Shown here in pieces: positions 30,554 to 40,551 of a DNA stretch of 64,000 nucleotides. A program made the position numbers and the translations under genes. This DNA comes from a virus, in the IMG/VR virus record IMGVR_UViG_3300003872_000001, positions 32,001 through 96,000 of that record. One strand, given 5' to 3'. The notes beneath the pieces are model-generated. The model had not been told where the DNA came from and made no database searches. It was given only the letters and a program-made list of their open reading frames with translations. Position 1 is the first letter of the stretch. Every line of letters starts with the position of its first letter.

Positions 30554-31103
30554 TATTGAAGGTAAAGATTATATCAATATTAGCACATATAGTAAAATTA
30601 AAGTAGGTAAGCAACTTGCGCCAGGATACCCTACATCTTTTAAAACGATATTAGGTACTACTGGAAGTATCAAGAATGCATTAAGTTTCCTTACCATCAA
30701 AGGTTTCCCCGTTAAACTCATAGGTAAGAAACGATTAACCTCATATGACGTTAAATCCCTACAAACTAAAGAGTCGGTTAAAATAGATAACTATAAAGCT
30801 TATTTAATTTATTTCATAAGTCTCAGAATACTAAATGATCCCGAGCTACTTGAGGCATTAAAGAAACTCCCAAAAGATATTAAATTCACTAGCTTTAATA
30901 CCTGTACAGATAAAATACTAGACTGTAAAAGTAGGTTATATAATAGTAATCAAAATATGTATTGTGATGTAGTAAGTGAATTATTCGCACTAATACAAGA
31001 TGATAAATTTGATAATACTTCTATTCAAAAATTTGTAATAGATAATAAGTCTAAAGATATTGAACTGTTTACTTGTTTACCGAATCCAGTTTCTATAATC
31101 TAA
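30525..31103 (+). CDS. Hypothetical phage protein
   Basis: 192 aa. The N-terminal GKDYINISTYSKIKVGKQL resembles the 'DHINIYS.G.T.LG..L' family of large-phage proteins. Confidence 0.6.
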   Translation: MMMYQITMNDIEGKDYINISTYSKIKVGKQLAPGYPTSFKTILGTTGSIKNALSFLTIKGFPVKLIGKKRLTSYDVKSLQTKESVKIDNYKAYLIYFISLRILNDPELLEALKKLPKDIKFTSFNTCTDKILDCKSRLYNSNQNMYCDVVSELFALIQDDKFDNTSIQKFVIDNKSKDIELFTCLPNPVSII

Positions 31104-31126
31104 TCTATTAAGAAGACATAACTTGT

Positions 31127-31162
31127 TGTATACCTATAGCCTTATTTGGCTATAGGTATACA
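31127..31162. terminator. Palindromic hairpin between convergent genes
   Basis: tgtatacctatagcc-ttattt-ggctataggtataca. Confidence 0.75.
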
Positions 31163-31170
31163 ATCATTAG

Positions 31171-34100
31171 TTATGACGCAAAATTAGTATGTTTACTAAT
31201 GTCTATTGTTGGTTTGGGAAATTCTGTTCTCCTATGTTCTATTTGCTGTTTAGGTGTTGTATCAAATACACTACTTATAACATCACTAACTGCATTTGTA
31301 TTATTTTTTTTATCACTTTCCATCTTAGTTAATAACTCTAATATTTTTAATTGTATATTAACTGTATAACCAATATTATTATCCATATTAGCTAATAGTT
31401 TATTAGAGTCCTGGCTAACCATATGTAAATCATTTAATGGCTTATTTATGTCCTGAGGAACAGGTTGATAATGCTTAGTAGGTACGATTCTCTTTTTAGG
31501 TTGTGACGTAACCACACCAACGATAGCTGCGTTATTACTATTTATCTTAGCAATTTTATCATTAGGTAGATCTCTATCAGTTGATAAAGCATTATCACTT
31601 TTTATAATATGATTAGTAGCTTTAGTTGTATTTTGTTTTTTAGCAAATTGACTATAAGCACTTTTATAATCACTAGGATTATTGAAAATATTACTACCTA
31701 ATTTATACCCGACAGTTGAACCTATAGCATGATTAGACTTAACAGTATTTAGGATACTGTTATTAGTATTATTATTGGCAGGAATGAGCTTAGATCTACT
31801 AGTTTTATCACCCAATCCTGGTTTAATACTAATATGTTTAACCGTACTTGGTATATTGTTATTAGCAGGAGTAAGTTTATCAGTTGCTGTATGTTTAACT
31901 CCAATATGTGTTTTATTTTTATCATTCTTTTTAGGATATTTTACTTTTATAGTTGGCTTAATAGGCTGACCCTCGGCATTGACTGGTGCCGAATCTTTAG
32001 AGAATAAGTCAAAGCCCAATATCTGTTTAGATACAGCTGATTTTAAAGATAGTTTATCGACTACCATATATTTAATAATCCAACCAGCATCCCATAATAG
32101 TAATGACCATCCTACAAAAGGAACTAACCTTGCTGCTATTTTTGCACTCAATTCACCTACTAGTTCTGCACCAGCTTTTTCTCCTAATTTTTCTAAAATT
32201 TTAGTTTTAAAACTGCGGAGTATATCTATGATCTTAGATGCGACACCTGACTTGCTTATTTTTTCACCTACTTTAAGAGCTTCTTCCCCGACCTTACTAA
32301 ATGTCTTACCTATCTTTTCAGCTCGCTCAGTTCCAAGTAAAGTTTTAGATGCATACTTACCAACAGCACTGATTCCTTTACCTGCTAATTTAACTGCACC
32401 AACGCCAGCTCCTATTACTGTGCTGCCTACACCTTTAACTGCTTTTACAACACCCCCTAATAATCCTGGCATAAATTTTTTTAGAAGGCCTCCTAATTTA
32501 AATGGAAGTTTAAGTATGTTTTTACCGATATTTTTTAGTAAACCAGGGATATGTTTTAAACCGCCCCATAAAAGTTTCTTTAAACCAGCTACAGCTATAC
32601 CCATAGCAGCTAAAACTAAGCCAGGAATACCTTTACTAGTAAAACCTTTACCTAATTTGTGAAGGGATTCTTTAGCAGCTCCTTTAGTGTGTTTATTCCA
32701 ACTCTTTAACTCATCTCTCCAGTTACCATCTCTTCTACCATCTTTATCTGTATCGAATATTTTAGCATCTTTTTGAGCTTGAGTTTCTTTTTTATGGAAT
32801 GGGGATAGTTTAGATAACAGACCAGCGGCGCCACCGAGTATCACTCCTCCAGCTCCTACTAAACCTTCTTTTAATGTACTTTCCTTACTACCTGAGTCTT
32901 TAGTCGTATCATTAGATGTTTTTTTAGTTTCAGACTTCTTGGATTTATTCCAATTTTTTAATCTTACTTTCCAATTACCATCTCTAGTGCCATCTTTATT
33001 TTGGTCGAAGAGTTCATTTTCTTCTTTTATCTTTTGTTCTTTTTTATATAACGGGTTCAGTGTATGGAATAATCCTGTAATTCCTTTTTTCAATAAGCTA
33101 GCAGCTTCTCTATCTAAATCAGTCCTATGTATGCCAGTAACTAGTGATTTTATTTTAGCAAATTTTCCAGTTTTTATGCTAGTCTTATTGTCTAATATAT
33201 CATCTTTAATAAGTTTCTTAGGTATATGTAAGCCAAGGCCTTCAGCATATTCAGAAATGTTTTTAACAATACCTTTCTTATATGCTTCAGAGTTATAAAA
33301 TTCTTCTTTAAGCTTTTTATACTCGCGCAAATCTACATGTAAATATTTACTAGTTATATCTAATAACTTTTCTTTTGTTTTATTAGCTGCGTCTAATGGA
33401 TTTAAATTATCTTTGACCTTATCATATCCATCTTTTGCCATATCAAGATGAATATCTTTAGCTAAAATCGCATAAGCTTTAAGTGCTTTAGTATATTCCT
33501 TTATTTCAACATAATGCAAAACTTCATTAATGGCTGATTTATGCTTAACACTTAATTGTTCATTATAATCTTTCATTTCATCCAGAATACTCATTATTCT
33601 TTTTTTAGTTGAAAATACCATATCAGAATTTTTAATAACTGCTTGAGATAAATATATTTTATCTCTGACACTGAATGAATTTAAATCTATTTTAGATGCT
33701 GCTGCACTTATATTATTAAATTTTTTTGTAGTAAATGTTTTAGTTTTATTATACATACTATCTTCTGTAGTACGTTCTTTATCTATAAAGTGTTCAGCAT
33801 TATTAATTAAAGTATCTATTAGTTCTGGTCGCTTAGGAACCTTATGTTTACCCATTAGCTTATTAAATAAGCCTGATACTTTATCTAATTTTTTGCTATT
33901 AATAACTGTCTCATCGCCATGAACTAAACCTACTATATCATCTTTAGTTTCTGGATTACCAGTATAGCCACCTTGTTTGAATTTAGGTATATCACTTACA
34001 TGTACAGCATCTTTATGTTCAGTTTCGTTAAACTCATAGCTACTAATATTAGGTAAGTTAGGCTTATGTCTCATTTTATTAAGAATGATCTTACCATTTT

Positions 34101-36567
34101 TTGCTATAGGATGTTGCTGTAATCTTTTTCCTAATTTTCTAACTTTCTTAGCTTTAGTAGCTACTGTAGTTTTCTTAAGTTCATCTATAGTCTTTTCAGC
34201 TTTAGTAGCTACTGTAGTTTTCTTAAGTTCATCTATAGTCTTTTCAGCTTTGGCTATAGTGTCATCTTTAAGCTTATTTCTACCTTCTTCGGTTTTTAGC
34301 TTAGATACAGTTTTCTTAAGTTTATCTGCTGCTTCTTCAGCTTTGGCTATAGTATCATCTTTAAGCTTATTTCTGTCTTCTTCAGTTTTTAACTTAGATA
34401 CAGTTTTCTTAAGTTTATCTGCTGCTGCTTTAGCTTTAGCCGCAGAATCTTTCTTAAACTTATCTTTCTTCTTCTTTAGACTCTCTTTAGCTTTTTCTGC
34501 AAAGCTTTTTTCTGCATTCTTTTCTGCGTCCTTTTTATTAACTTCTTCTTTATATTTATTAGCATCTTTTGCACTAACTTTACCCATTTCATCTAGCAAC
34601 ATTTCCTTATATTGCTCATTATTAAAACTTAGCTCACCGGTTTCTTTATTGGTTTTAAGTAGCCTCATGGCAGCTAATTCTTTAGCATTACCAGAATCTA
34701 TTAATTCTTGTGGTAAATCACCTAATGTAGGTAAACTTTCTTTTGCATGTTTTAAATTACTATTAGTTCTACTTAGTATATTAACATCTTCTTTTGCTTT
34801 TTTAAGCATTTTAACTACCGAAGCTAGAACTTTTTTCTTCATTTCTTTTGTAAAGTTATTTAGAAATTTCTTAGATGTTAAACTAGTAGGAGCTAATGAC
34901 CCACCGCTTAATAAATATTTAGTTACTCCTCTTCTTAGCTGTTTAACTTCTATTTCGCTAGTAAGTTTTAAGCCACCGTATTTAGTTAAATCATCCATAA
35001 ATGCATCTACATAATAGGTGGTGTCCTTAGATATTTTATTATGTATATCGGATCTAATATTTTTTTCTATTTGGGAGCTTGTAGTAAATTTATCTCTTCT
35101 ATAATCATATATTAGTTCATTAGATTCTGGTTTACCATCTTTAGTACGGATAGACTTTACTTCACCATATATCTTAGATAACAATTGAGGTATAACTTTA
35201 TTTATGCTAGACTTAGTTCTATTATCAAATATTGTACTATCTGTGAGCTTTTCTTTATTAATAGTTAATGTATTCTCTTTATCGTCTCGTGATCCCGTAA
35301 AGTTACTAGCAATACTTGCTGCCCCGTGCATCAAACGACTTTTTAATGTTTCTTTTCTATTACCATCTTTATCAGTTGTATACTCTCTTTCTTTAGATTT
35401 AATTTTATCTATATTACCGCCGATATCCATAAATGCATTTTTAGTTTTATAAATATTCTTTTTAATATTTTTATTTTCAGCTAAGCGATCACCTATAGTC
35501 GATCCTAAGAATTCTTTAATCTTGGATCCTAATAACATACCTAAGATACCGCCAGTTCCTCCGGCCATAGCAGCTGTTTCGCCAAAAGTTTCTTTTGATT
35601 CTGCAGTGTCATCTATAAGGCCCATCCCAGCTAAAGCCTGATTCTTTATATTGCTAATGCCATTAACTAGATTTCTCCTAGTATTACCAAATATATTATT
35701 TCCATTGTATAACGTTTCTGTTATTCCGCCATAAGCTTTAGATTTTAAATCGTGCTTAAGTGCTTCATTTTTATGTATCTTCACCATATCAGGAAGACCA
35801 GTATTAGTGACTATAGCGTTGAATTGATTTTTAAATCCATCCATAGCAGTAGCTAATAAATCTAATTGTTTTTGTGCTATGAATAGTGACTTATATTTTA
35901 GTTCCAAAGATCGTCTATAATAATTAGCAGTTATTTCATTATTAAACGCACGAATACTTTCTAAATTTACTGCTGCTGTATTTGCTAATTCAGTAGATGT
36001 CTTAAATCTATTTAATTCTATTTTCTTAGAAATTAATTCTTCAACTTTTTCTCGTTGAGTCTTTTCACCTAAAGTATCACCAATAGCTTCTGCTATTTTA
36101 GCTGCTTGTAATTCACTTTCAGATTTTTTACGATCTTCATTGGAATCATCATCTACACCCATCCACTTTCTGATTTTATTAGTTACAGCTGTAACTTTTT
36201 CATTTTTAGGTAATAGTCGTTCAAAACTATTAAGTGTAGTATTAGCTTTAGTTCTTATTTCAGTAGCTGCTTTTACTAATTCATCTTTAACATCTTTAGC
36301 TACATGTACTACTTCGTCTTGCTCACCTGATAATGATTTAGGTAAAGCATTTTTAGCAATAGTAGTAGCCGTTTCTAATTTATCATCCTTTATATCATCC
36401 ACGAAACTTTTAGTGCCCGACTTAAGTGTGTTAAGTACAGCTTCTCTTTTATTTTTAGCGGGAGGAGGTGTAGCGAATGGATCAAAATTATCCATACTTA
36501 ATAGATCGTCATCAAGCCCTAAATCGTCGTTATCAAAATCTAATTTATTATCTAAATCTTTAGCCAT
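31171..36567 (-). CDS. Large tail tape-measure-like protein (phiKZ gp181-like)
   Basis: 1798 aa, helical and K-rich. It has the tape-measure motif FKQGGYTG...GLVHGDETV and G/A-rich hydrophobic segments, and is divergent from the vRNAP beta' gene. Confidence 0.75.
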   Translation of the reverse strand: MAKDLDNKLDFDNDDLGLDDDLLSMDNFDPFATPPPAKNKREAVLNTLKSGTKSFVDDIKDDKLETATTIAKNALPKSLSGEQDEVVHVAKDVKDELVKAATEIRTKANTTLNSFERLLPKNEKVTAVTNKIRKWMGVDDDSNEDRKKSESELQAAKIAEAIGDTLGEKTQREKVEELISKKIELNRFKTSTELANTAAVNLESIRAFNNEITANYYRRSLELKYKSLFIAQKQLDLLATAMDGFKNQFNAIVTNTGLPDMVKIHKNEALKHDLKSKAYGGITETLYNGNNIFGNTRRNLVNGISNIKNQALAGMGLIDDTAESKETFGETAAMAGGTGGILGMLLGSKIKEFLGSTIGDRLAENKNIKKNIYKTKNAFMDIGGNIDKIKSKEREYTTDKDGNRKETLKSRLMHGAASIASNFTGSRDDKENTLTINKEKLTDSTIFDNRTKSSINKVIPQLLSKIYGEVKSIRTKDGKPESNELIYDYRRDKFTTSSQIEKNIRSDIHNKISKDTTYYVDAFMDDLTKYGGLKLTSEIEVKQLRRGVTKYLLSGGSLAPTSLTSKKFLNNFTKEMKKKVLASVVKMLKKAKEDVNILSRTNSNLKHAKESLPTLGDLPQELIDSGNAKELAAMRLLKTNKETGELSFNNEQYKEMLLDEMGKVSAKDANKYKEEVNKKDAEKNAEKSFAEKAKESLKKKKDKFKKDSAAKAKAAADKLKKTVSKLKTEEDRNKLKDDTIAKAEEAADKLKKTVSKLKTEEGRNKLKDDTIAKAEKTIDELKKTTVATKAEKTIDELKKTTVATKAKKVRKLGKRLQQHPIAKNGKIILNKMRHKPNLPNISSYEFNETEHKDAVHVSDIPKFKQGGYTGNPETKDDIVGLVHGDETVINSKKLDKVSGLFNKLMGKHKVPKRPELIDTLINNAEHFIDKERTTEDSMYNKTKTFTTKKFNNISAAASKIDLNSFSVRDKIYLSQAVIKNSDMVFSTKKRIMSILDEMKDYNEQLSVKHKSAINEVLHYVEIKEYTKALKAYAILAKDIHLDMAKDGYDKVKDNLNPLDAANKTKEKLLDITSKYLHVDLREYKKLKEEFYNSEAYKKGIVKNISEYAEGLGLHIPKKLIKDDILDNKTSIKTGKFAKIKSLVTGIHRTDLDREAASLLKKGITGLFHTLNPLYKKEQKIKEENELFDQNKDGTRDGNWKVRLKNWNKSKKSETKKTSNDTTKDSGSKESTLKEGLVGAGGVILGGAAGLLSKLSPFHKKETQAQKDAKIFDTDKDGRRDGNWRDELKSWNKHTKGAAKESLHKLGKGFTSKGIPGLVLAAMGIAVAGLKKLLWGGLKHIPGLLKNIGKNILKLPFKLGGLLKKFMPGLLGGVVKAVKGVGSTVIGAGVGAVKLAGKGISAVGKYASKTLLGTERAEKIGKTFSKVGEEALKVGEKISKSGVASKIIDILRSFKTKILEKLGEKAGAELVGELSAKIAARLVPFVGWSLLLWDAGWIIKYMVVDKLSLKSAVSKQILGFDLFSKDSAPVNAEGQPIKPTIKVKYPKKNDKNKTHIGVKHTATDKLTPANNNIPSTVKHISIKPGLGDKTSRSKLIPANNNTNNSILNTVKSNHAIGSTVGYKLGSNIFNNPSDYKSAYSQFAKKQNTTKATNHIIKSDNALSTDRDLPNDKIAKINSNNAAIVGVVTSQPKKRIVPTKHYQPVPQDINKPLNDLHMVSQDSNKLLANMDNNIGYTVNIQLKILELLTKMESDKKNNTNAVSDVISSVFDTTPKQQIEHRRTEFPKPTIDISKHTNFAS
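34150..34430 (-). repeat. In-frame tandem repeats (2 x 93 bp, 2 x 48 bp) in the tape-measure gene
   Basis: AADKLKKTVSKLKTEE.RNKLKDDTIAKAE twice and KTIDELKKTTVATKA twice, near-identical at DNA level. Confidence 0.9.
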
Positions 36568-36693
36568 AATATTTTCCTTGATTAATCTTACGACTACTAT
36601 ATAGTCTTCAGTTATAGTCGTTCATTCAAAAAAATGAATGAGCCACTAGTTTAATCACAGTATCCTATATAATAGTTAATTCAAGGAGATGTT

Positions 36694-38139
36694 ATGGACC
36701 CGTTTAATATAGAATTATTATTTTTAAATAAAAATAATTTAAAGCAATTAGGACAAGTAAAAAGTCTTGATATATTTGAGCCTAATACAGATATATTTAA
36801 AATAGATGGATTATTCTCACAGGAAATATTTGGACCTGTTGGATCAGAGATACGTACTATGAAATATGGTTATATAGATCTTAAACTTAAGATCATGCAC
36901 CCACTGGCATTTAGATCACTTATACAATTAAAAACATTATACAGCGACATTGCATCTGGTAAAAAATACGCAATATTTGATGAAGAACTTGGTGACTTTA
37001 CTTTATCTAACCCTATAGATGGAAAAACAGGTTATGACTTTTTTTATAACCATATATTTAAACTTAAATTACTTGCTAATAATAGTGACAGTAGAAGTTT
37101 TAAAATAGAATTGATAAAGAAGTATTATAGTGTACCTAGTCAAGTACATACTTTAACTAAATGGTTAGTGTACCCAGCCGGATTAAGAGACTATAGTTTA
37201 GATAAAGATGGTAGAGGTAGTTATGATGAAGTAAATGATATTTATAAGAAGCTATTATCTACTGCCAATATGCTTAATAATACAACTATAGACAGTAATA
37301 ATTTAAGAATGTTCAATACTATACGATATAAGCTACAAGGTATAACTTTAGAAATTTATGAGTATTTTGAAAATTTACTTAAAGGTAAAAAGAAATTCCT
37401 ACAAAATAAATGGACAAAAAGAGCTATCGTTTATGGTACGCGAAATGTTATTACAGCTACACCTATCGTTATAGATGATGTTAATAATAAAAATAAAATA
37501 TCTTTTAATAATACTGTTATAGGGTTATACCAATATTTAGAAGCAGCTAACCCTATAGTTAAGCATCAAGTATTGAAAATGTTTTCTCATAAGATATTCA
37601 ATCCTGATACTAATACAGCTCCGTTAGTAAACATTAAAACTATGCAAACAACATTAGTGGACATAAGTAGCAAAAGTAGAGACGATTGGCTATCGGAAGA
37701 GTACTTAGATAATACTATAGCTAAAATGGGACAAGAGTTCTATAGAAGTGAACCTATTTTAGTAGAAGATAATTATTTAATGTTAATATACGATGACGGG
37801 AAGTACGTAGAACTGATCTTTAATACTGGTGAAATGGATAGTAGTTTAAATAAGAAATATCTTAGACCTATTACATATGCAGAATTATTTTATCTTGCTA
37901 TATATGAGATTCGTAATAAATATCCAGGCCTTATAACAAGATACCCAGTTACTGAAGAGGGATCTATATACCCAACTATCCCTTATGTAAAAACTACTAA
38001 TATTAGTAGGACAGTTAAAATGAAGTACTATGGAGAAATGATTGACGTGTATGAGTATCCTATTCTAAGCGAAAATTATTTTAACTCACTAAGTGTACAT
38101 AGTACACACTTAGGTCACCTTGGAGCTGACTTTGATGGT
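36694..38139 (+). CDS. Virion RNA polymerase beta' subunit (phiKZ gp180-like), exon 1
   Basis: DGLFSQEIFGPVG, PAGLRD, GKKKFLQ.KW..R....GTRNVIT and ITRYP motifs; ends LGADFDG. Confidence 0.92.
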
Positions 38140-40126
38140 ACAGTCGTAGAATAGTTTCCGTAGATATTAAAAAGTAAGAGATTTACTGCACTTAGAAGCT
38201 TTTATATTACTAAAAAAGCTTACTACCTTATTTATTGATAGTATAAAATAAATAAGGATTTAACATGAGTAATCTCAGATTCGATGTAGTCGGTAACAAC
38301 GACTATTATATAACAGAACATTTAGAAATTGGTAAAAATAATGAAAAAGCTAGAAATCTTGTATTCGATAAAGATAAAGTTTTTATAACATTATTTGGTT
38401 ATAGACACAAGGTAAAATTAGAATGGCTTTATTGGTTAAGCTACTATAAACTAAATTTACCGAATAATTATGAAAGATATATTAGTGATATTAGATTTTA
38501 TAGTTTAAGCAGAGATGGTAGAACTCTTACCGATGACCATATAGTTTTATTTAAAAAGCCTGTTATAATAAAATATGGCTCTACTGTGTTTAGATTATTG
38601 GCAAGATTTCCTAATTACGCTATATCTAAAGACGGAACTATTATGAACATGAAAACTAAGTTCTTTAAAAAGCCTAGTAGTAATGAAAAAAATAGATATT
38701 TAAGATCTAATATTATTGATCAAGCTGGACTTTATTCTAGTAACACTAGAGTCACACATAGATTAGTAGCACTAGCATGGGTTCCCAATCCTAATAACGA
38801 TTTTATAGCTAGACCTATAGTAGATCACATAGATGGTAATAAAACTAACTGTCATGCCGATAACTTAAGATGGATATCGTTTTTAGGTAATAGTTTAGCA
38901 GCAGTAGATCAAGGTCTCAATACTATAGCGATACCGGTACTTAGTAAAAATATAGATACGGGTGAGGTAGAAAAATGGGGATCTTTAACCAGGTTCACTG
39001 AAGCCAAAGGTAGGACGAGAATAGATACTAATGCAGCTCCATTATATAAGTCTAAAGTATGGAAAACTCCTAATGGCGATTATTTACTTAAGTACTTAAG
39101 TGATTCCACACCTTGGGCTAATAGTGAAGATATTAAAAACAATACCAATACTAAATTAACTATAATTATTAAAGATAAAACATTCACTATACATGGTCGT
39201 AACTCTTTGAAAGATTTTGCCAAGAAAGAATTTGATATAATTATACATGGTAAACAAAGTATAAATAAATCTATAAAACAATTCTTAGATAGATACATAG
39301 CTAAATATGATAATAATATAAAAATAATCATAGATAGACCTAAATACCAAAATGATTTAAATAAAATATTATATAAAGCTAAGAATTTAGTAACTGGTGA
39401 AGTGTTAATAAATAAAACTAGAAAAGAGTTATTAGAATATACCGGTATACCAAAATCATCTATAACTAAAAGCATAGCTAATACTGGATTATATTCTTAC
39501 AATGATTGGGTGTTTACTACTATGTATATAGACTTTCCTAAAGAGAAAGATGTTAAATTTGTTAAATATAATTATAAAATAAAAGTAACCAATACAAAAA
39601 CCAATAAATCTGTTATATATGATAGCTTAAGAAAAGCTTCTAGTGAATTAGACATACCTAGAAGAAAACTTAAAGCTATATTGAATAATACTAATAATAT
39701 CTTTAGTGGACATATATTCACTATGATATAAGTGCCCGTTGTAGAAGTAATTCTATAATGACAACCAAGCTAATTGCGGGAAGCCACTAAAGCTTATAAC
39801 TACCACTTATAGATGGAAACATACTATAATACTCCAGCCGTAATAGAGGAACTAGGAGCATGGTAAAAACGTTATAAGATGTATATGGGTAATCAGCGCA
39901 GCGAAGCACCTTAAACAGCGAGAGCTATCCTGTATGGAGTGTGTGTGTTCAACGACTAACGGATTGATCACCGTGTAGGGCTCAAGTGAGTGGGTATAGA
40001 ATCCCTTAAATCGAAATGCTGGGAACCTATCTATAAGGTTCTTGATATAGTCTCGTCATGCAGGGAAAGCCTGCAGCAGTTCATAAGAGAACGCGGTCAG
40101 TGTAACGAACTGATTGGAAGGTTTCG
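38140..40126 (+). mobile_element. Group I intron 3 (1987 nt) carrying an HNH endonuclease gene and splitting the DFDG|D catalytic motif
   Basis: P at ~39772, R at ~39947 and S at ~40043. P1 is GGU|AC paired with GUGCC at ~39733, and the intron ends in G40126. Exon joining gives GADFDG|DVVSFN. Confidence 0.93.
38265..39731 (+). CDS. Intron-encoded HNH homing endonuclease
   Basis: PNYAISKDG and THRLVALAWVPNP...VDHIDGNKTNCHADNLRW motifs, with a C-terminal NUMOD1-like YDSLRKASSELDI. Confidence 0.9.
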   Translation: MSNLRFDVVGNNDYYITEHLEIGKNNEKARNLVFDKDKVFITLFGYRHKVKLEWLYWLSYYKLNLPNNYERYISDIRFYSLSRDGRTLTDDHIVLFKKPVIIKYGSTVFRLLARFPNYAISKDGTIMNMKTKFFKKPSSNEKNRYLRSNIIDQAGLYSSNTRVTHRLVALAWVPNPNNDFIARPIVDHIDGNKTNCHADNLRWISFLGNSLAAVDQGLNTIAIPVLSKNIDTGEVEKWGSLTRFTEAKGRTRIDTNAAPLYKSKVWKTPNGDYLLKYLSDSTPWANSEDIKNNTNTKLTIIIKDKTFTIHGRNSLKDFAKKEFDIIIHGKQSINKSIKQFLDRYIAKYDNNIKIIIDRPKYQNDLNKILYKAKNLVTGEVLINKTRKELLEYTGIPKSSITKSIANTGLYSYNDWVFTTMYIDFPKEKDVKFVKYNYKIKVTNTKTNKSVIYDSLRKASSELDIPRRKLKAILNNTNNIFSGHIFTMI

Positions 40127-40285
40127 GACGTGGTTTCATTTAACCTTCTCTATACTGATGAAAGTATAGCTGAAATAAATAAACTACTTAAAAATAAAAA
40201 ATTTTATCTAACAGGTAATAATGACCTGATGTACCGAGTGAGTACAGATCCATTAGAGCTAGTATTAAAACATTTAACTTTTTAA
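40127..40285 (+). CDS. Virion RNAP beta' subunit, exon 2 (absent from the ORF track)
   Basis: DVVSFNLLYTDESIAEINKLL...LELVLKHLTF*, 52 aa. It supplies the third catalytic Asp; the spliced product is 534 aa. Confidence 0.9.
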   Translation, partial: DVVSFNLLYTDESIAEINKLLKNKKFYLTGNNDLMYRVSTDPLELVLKHLTF

Positions 40286-40300
40286 AGGAATACTATAGTA

Positions 40301-40549
40301 ATGAAAGAAATGAAGATATATTTAGAAAAAGATTCAAAACATAGAACTAGACGAACTAAATATCGTGATGTAGCTGACCAAGGTACAGTTATAGGCGATA
40401 TTGATGAGGGACAAGTATTTTTATGTGGTACTAGAATAGCCGCTAATCAAATGGTTTGGCGTATACCATTCGCATGGAGATATGATATTTATGATATATA
40501 TTATGAAGGTAATATACCAGTTATCGAATTTACACAAATTAAGGAATAA
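40301..40549 (+). CDS. Small hypothetical protein
   Basis: 82-aa ORF between the two vRNAP genes. Confidence 0.55.
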   Translation: MKEMKIYLEKDSKHRTRRTKYRDVADQGTVIGDIDEGQVFLCGTRIAANQMVWRIPFAWRYDIYDIYYEGNIPVIEFTQIKE

Positions 40550-40551
40550 TA

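Noticed and set aside
31775-36604. Plus-strand ORFs inside the tape-measure gene (e.g. 34085..35014, 31979..32662)
   Set aside because: These are antisense shadows of a K/A-rich coding strand: L/S/F-rich, with no RBS.
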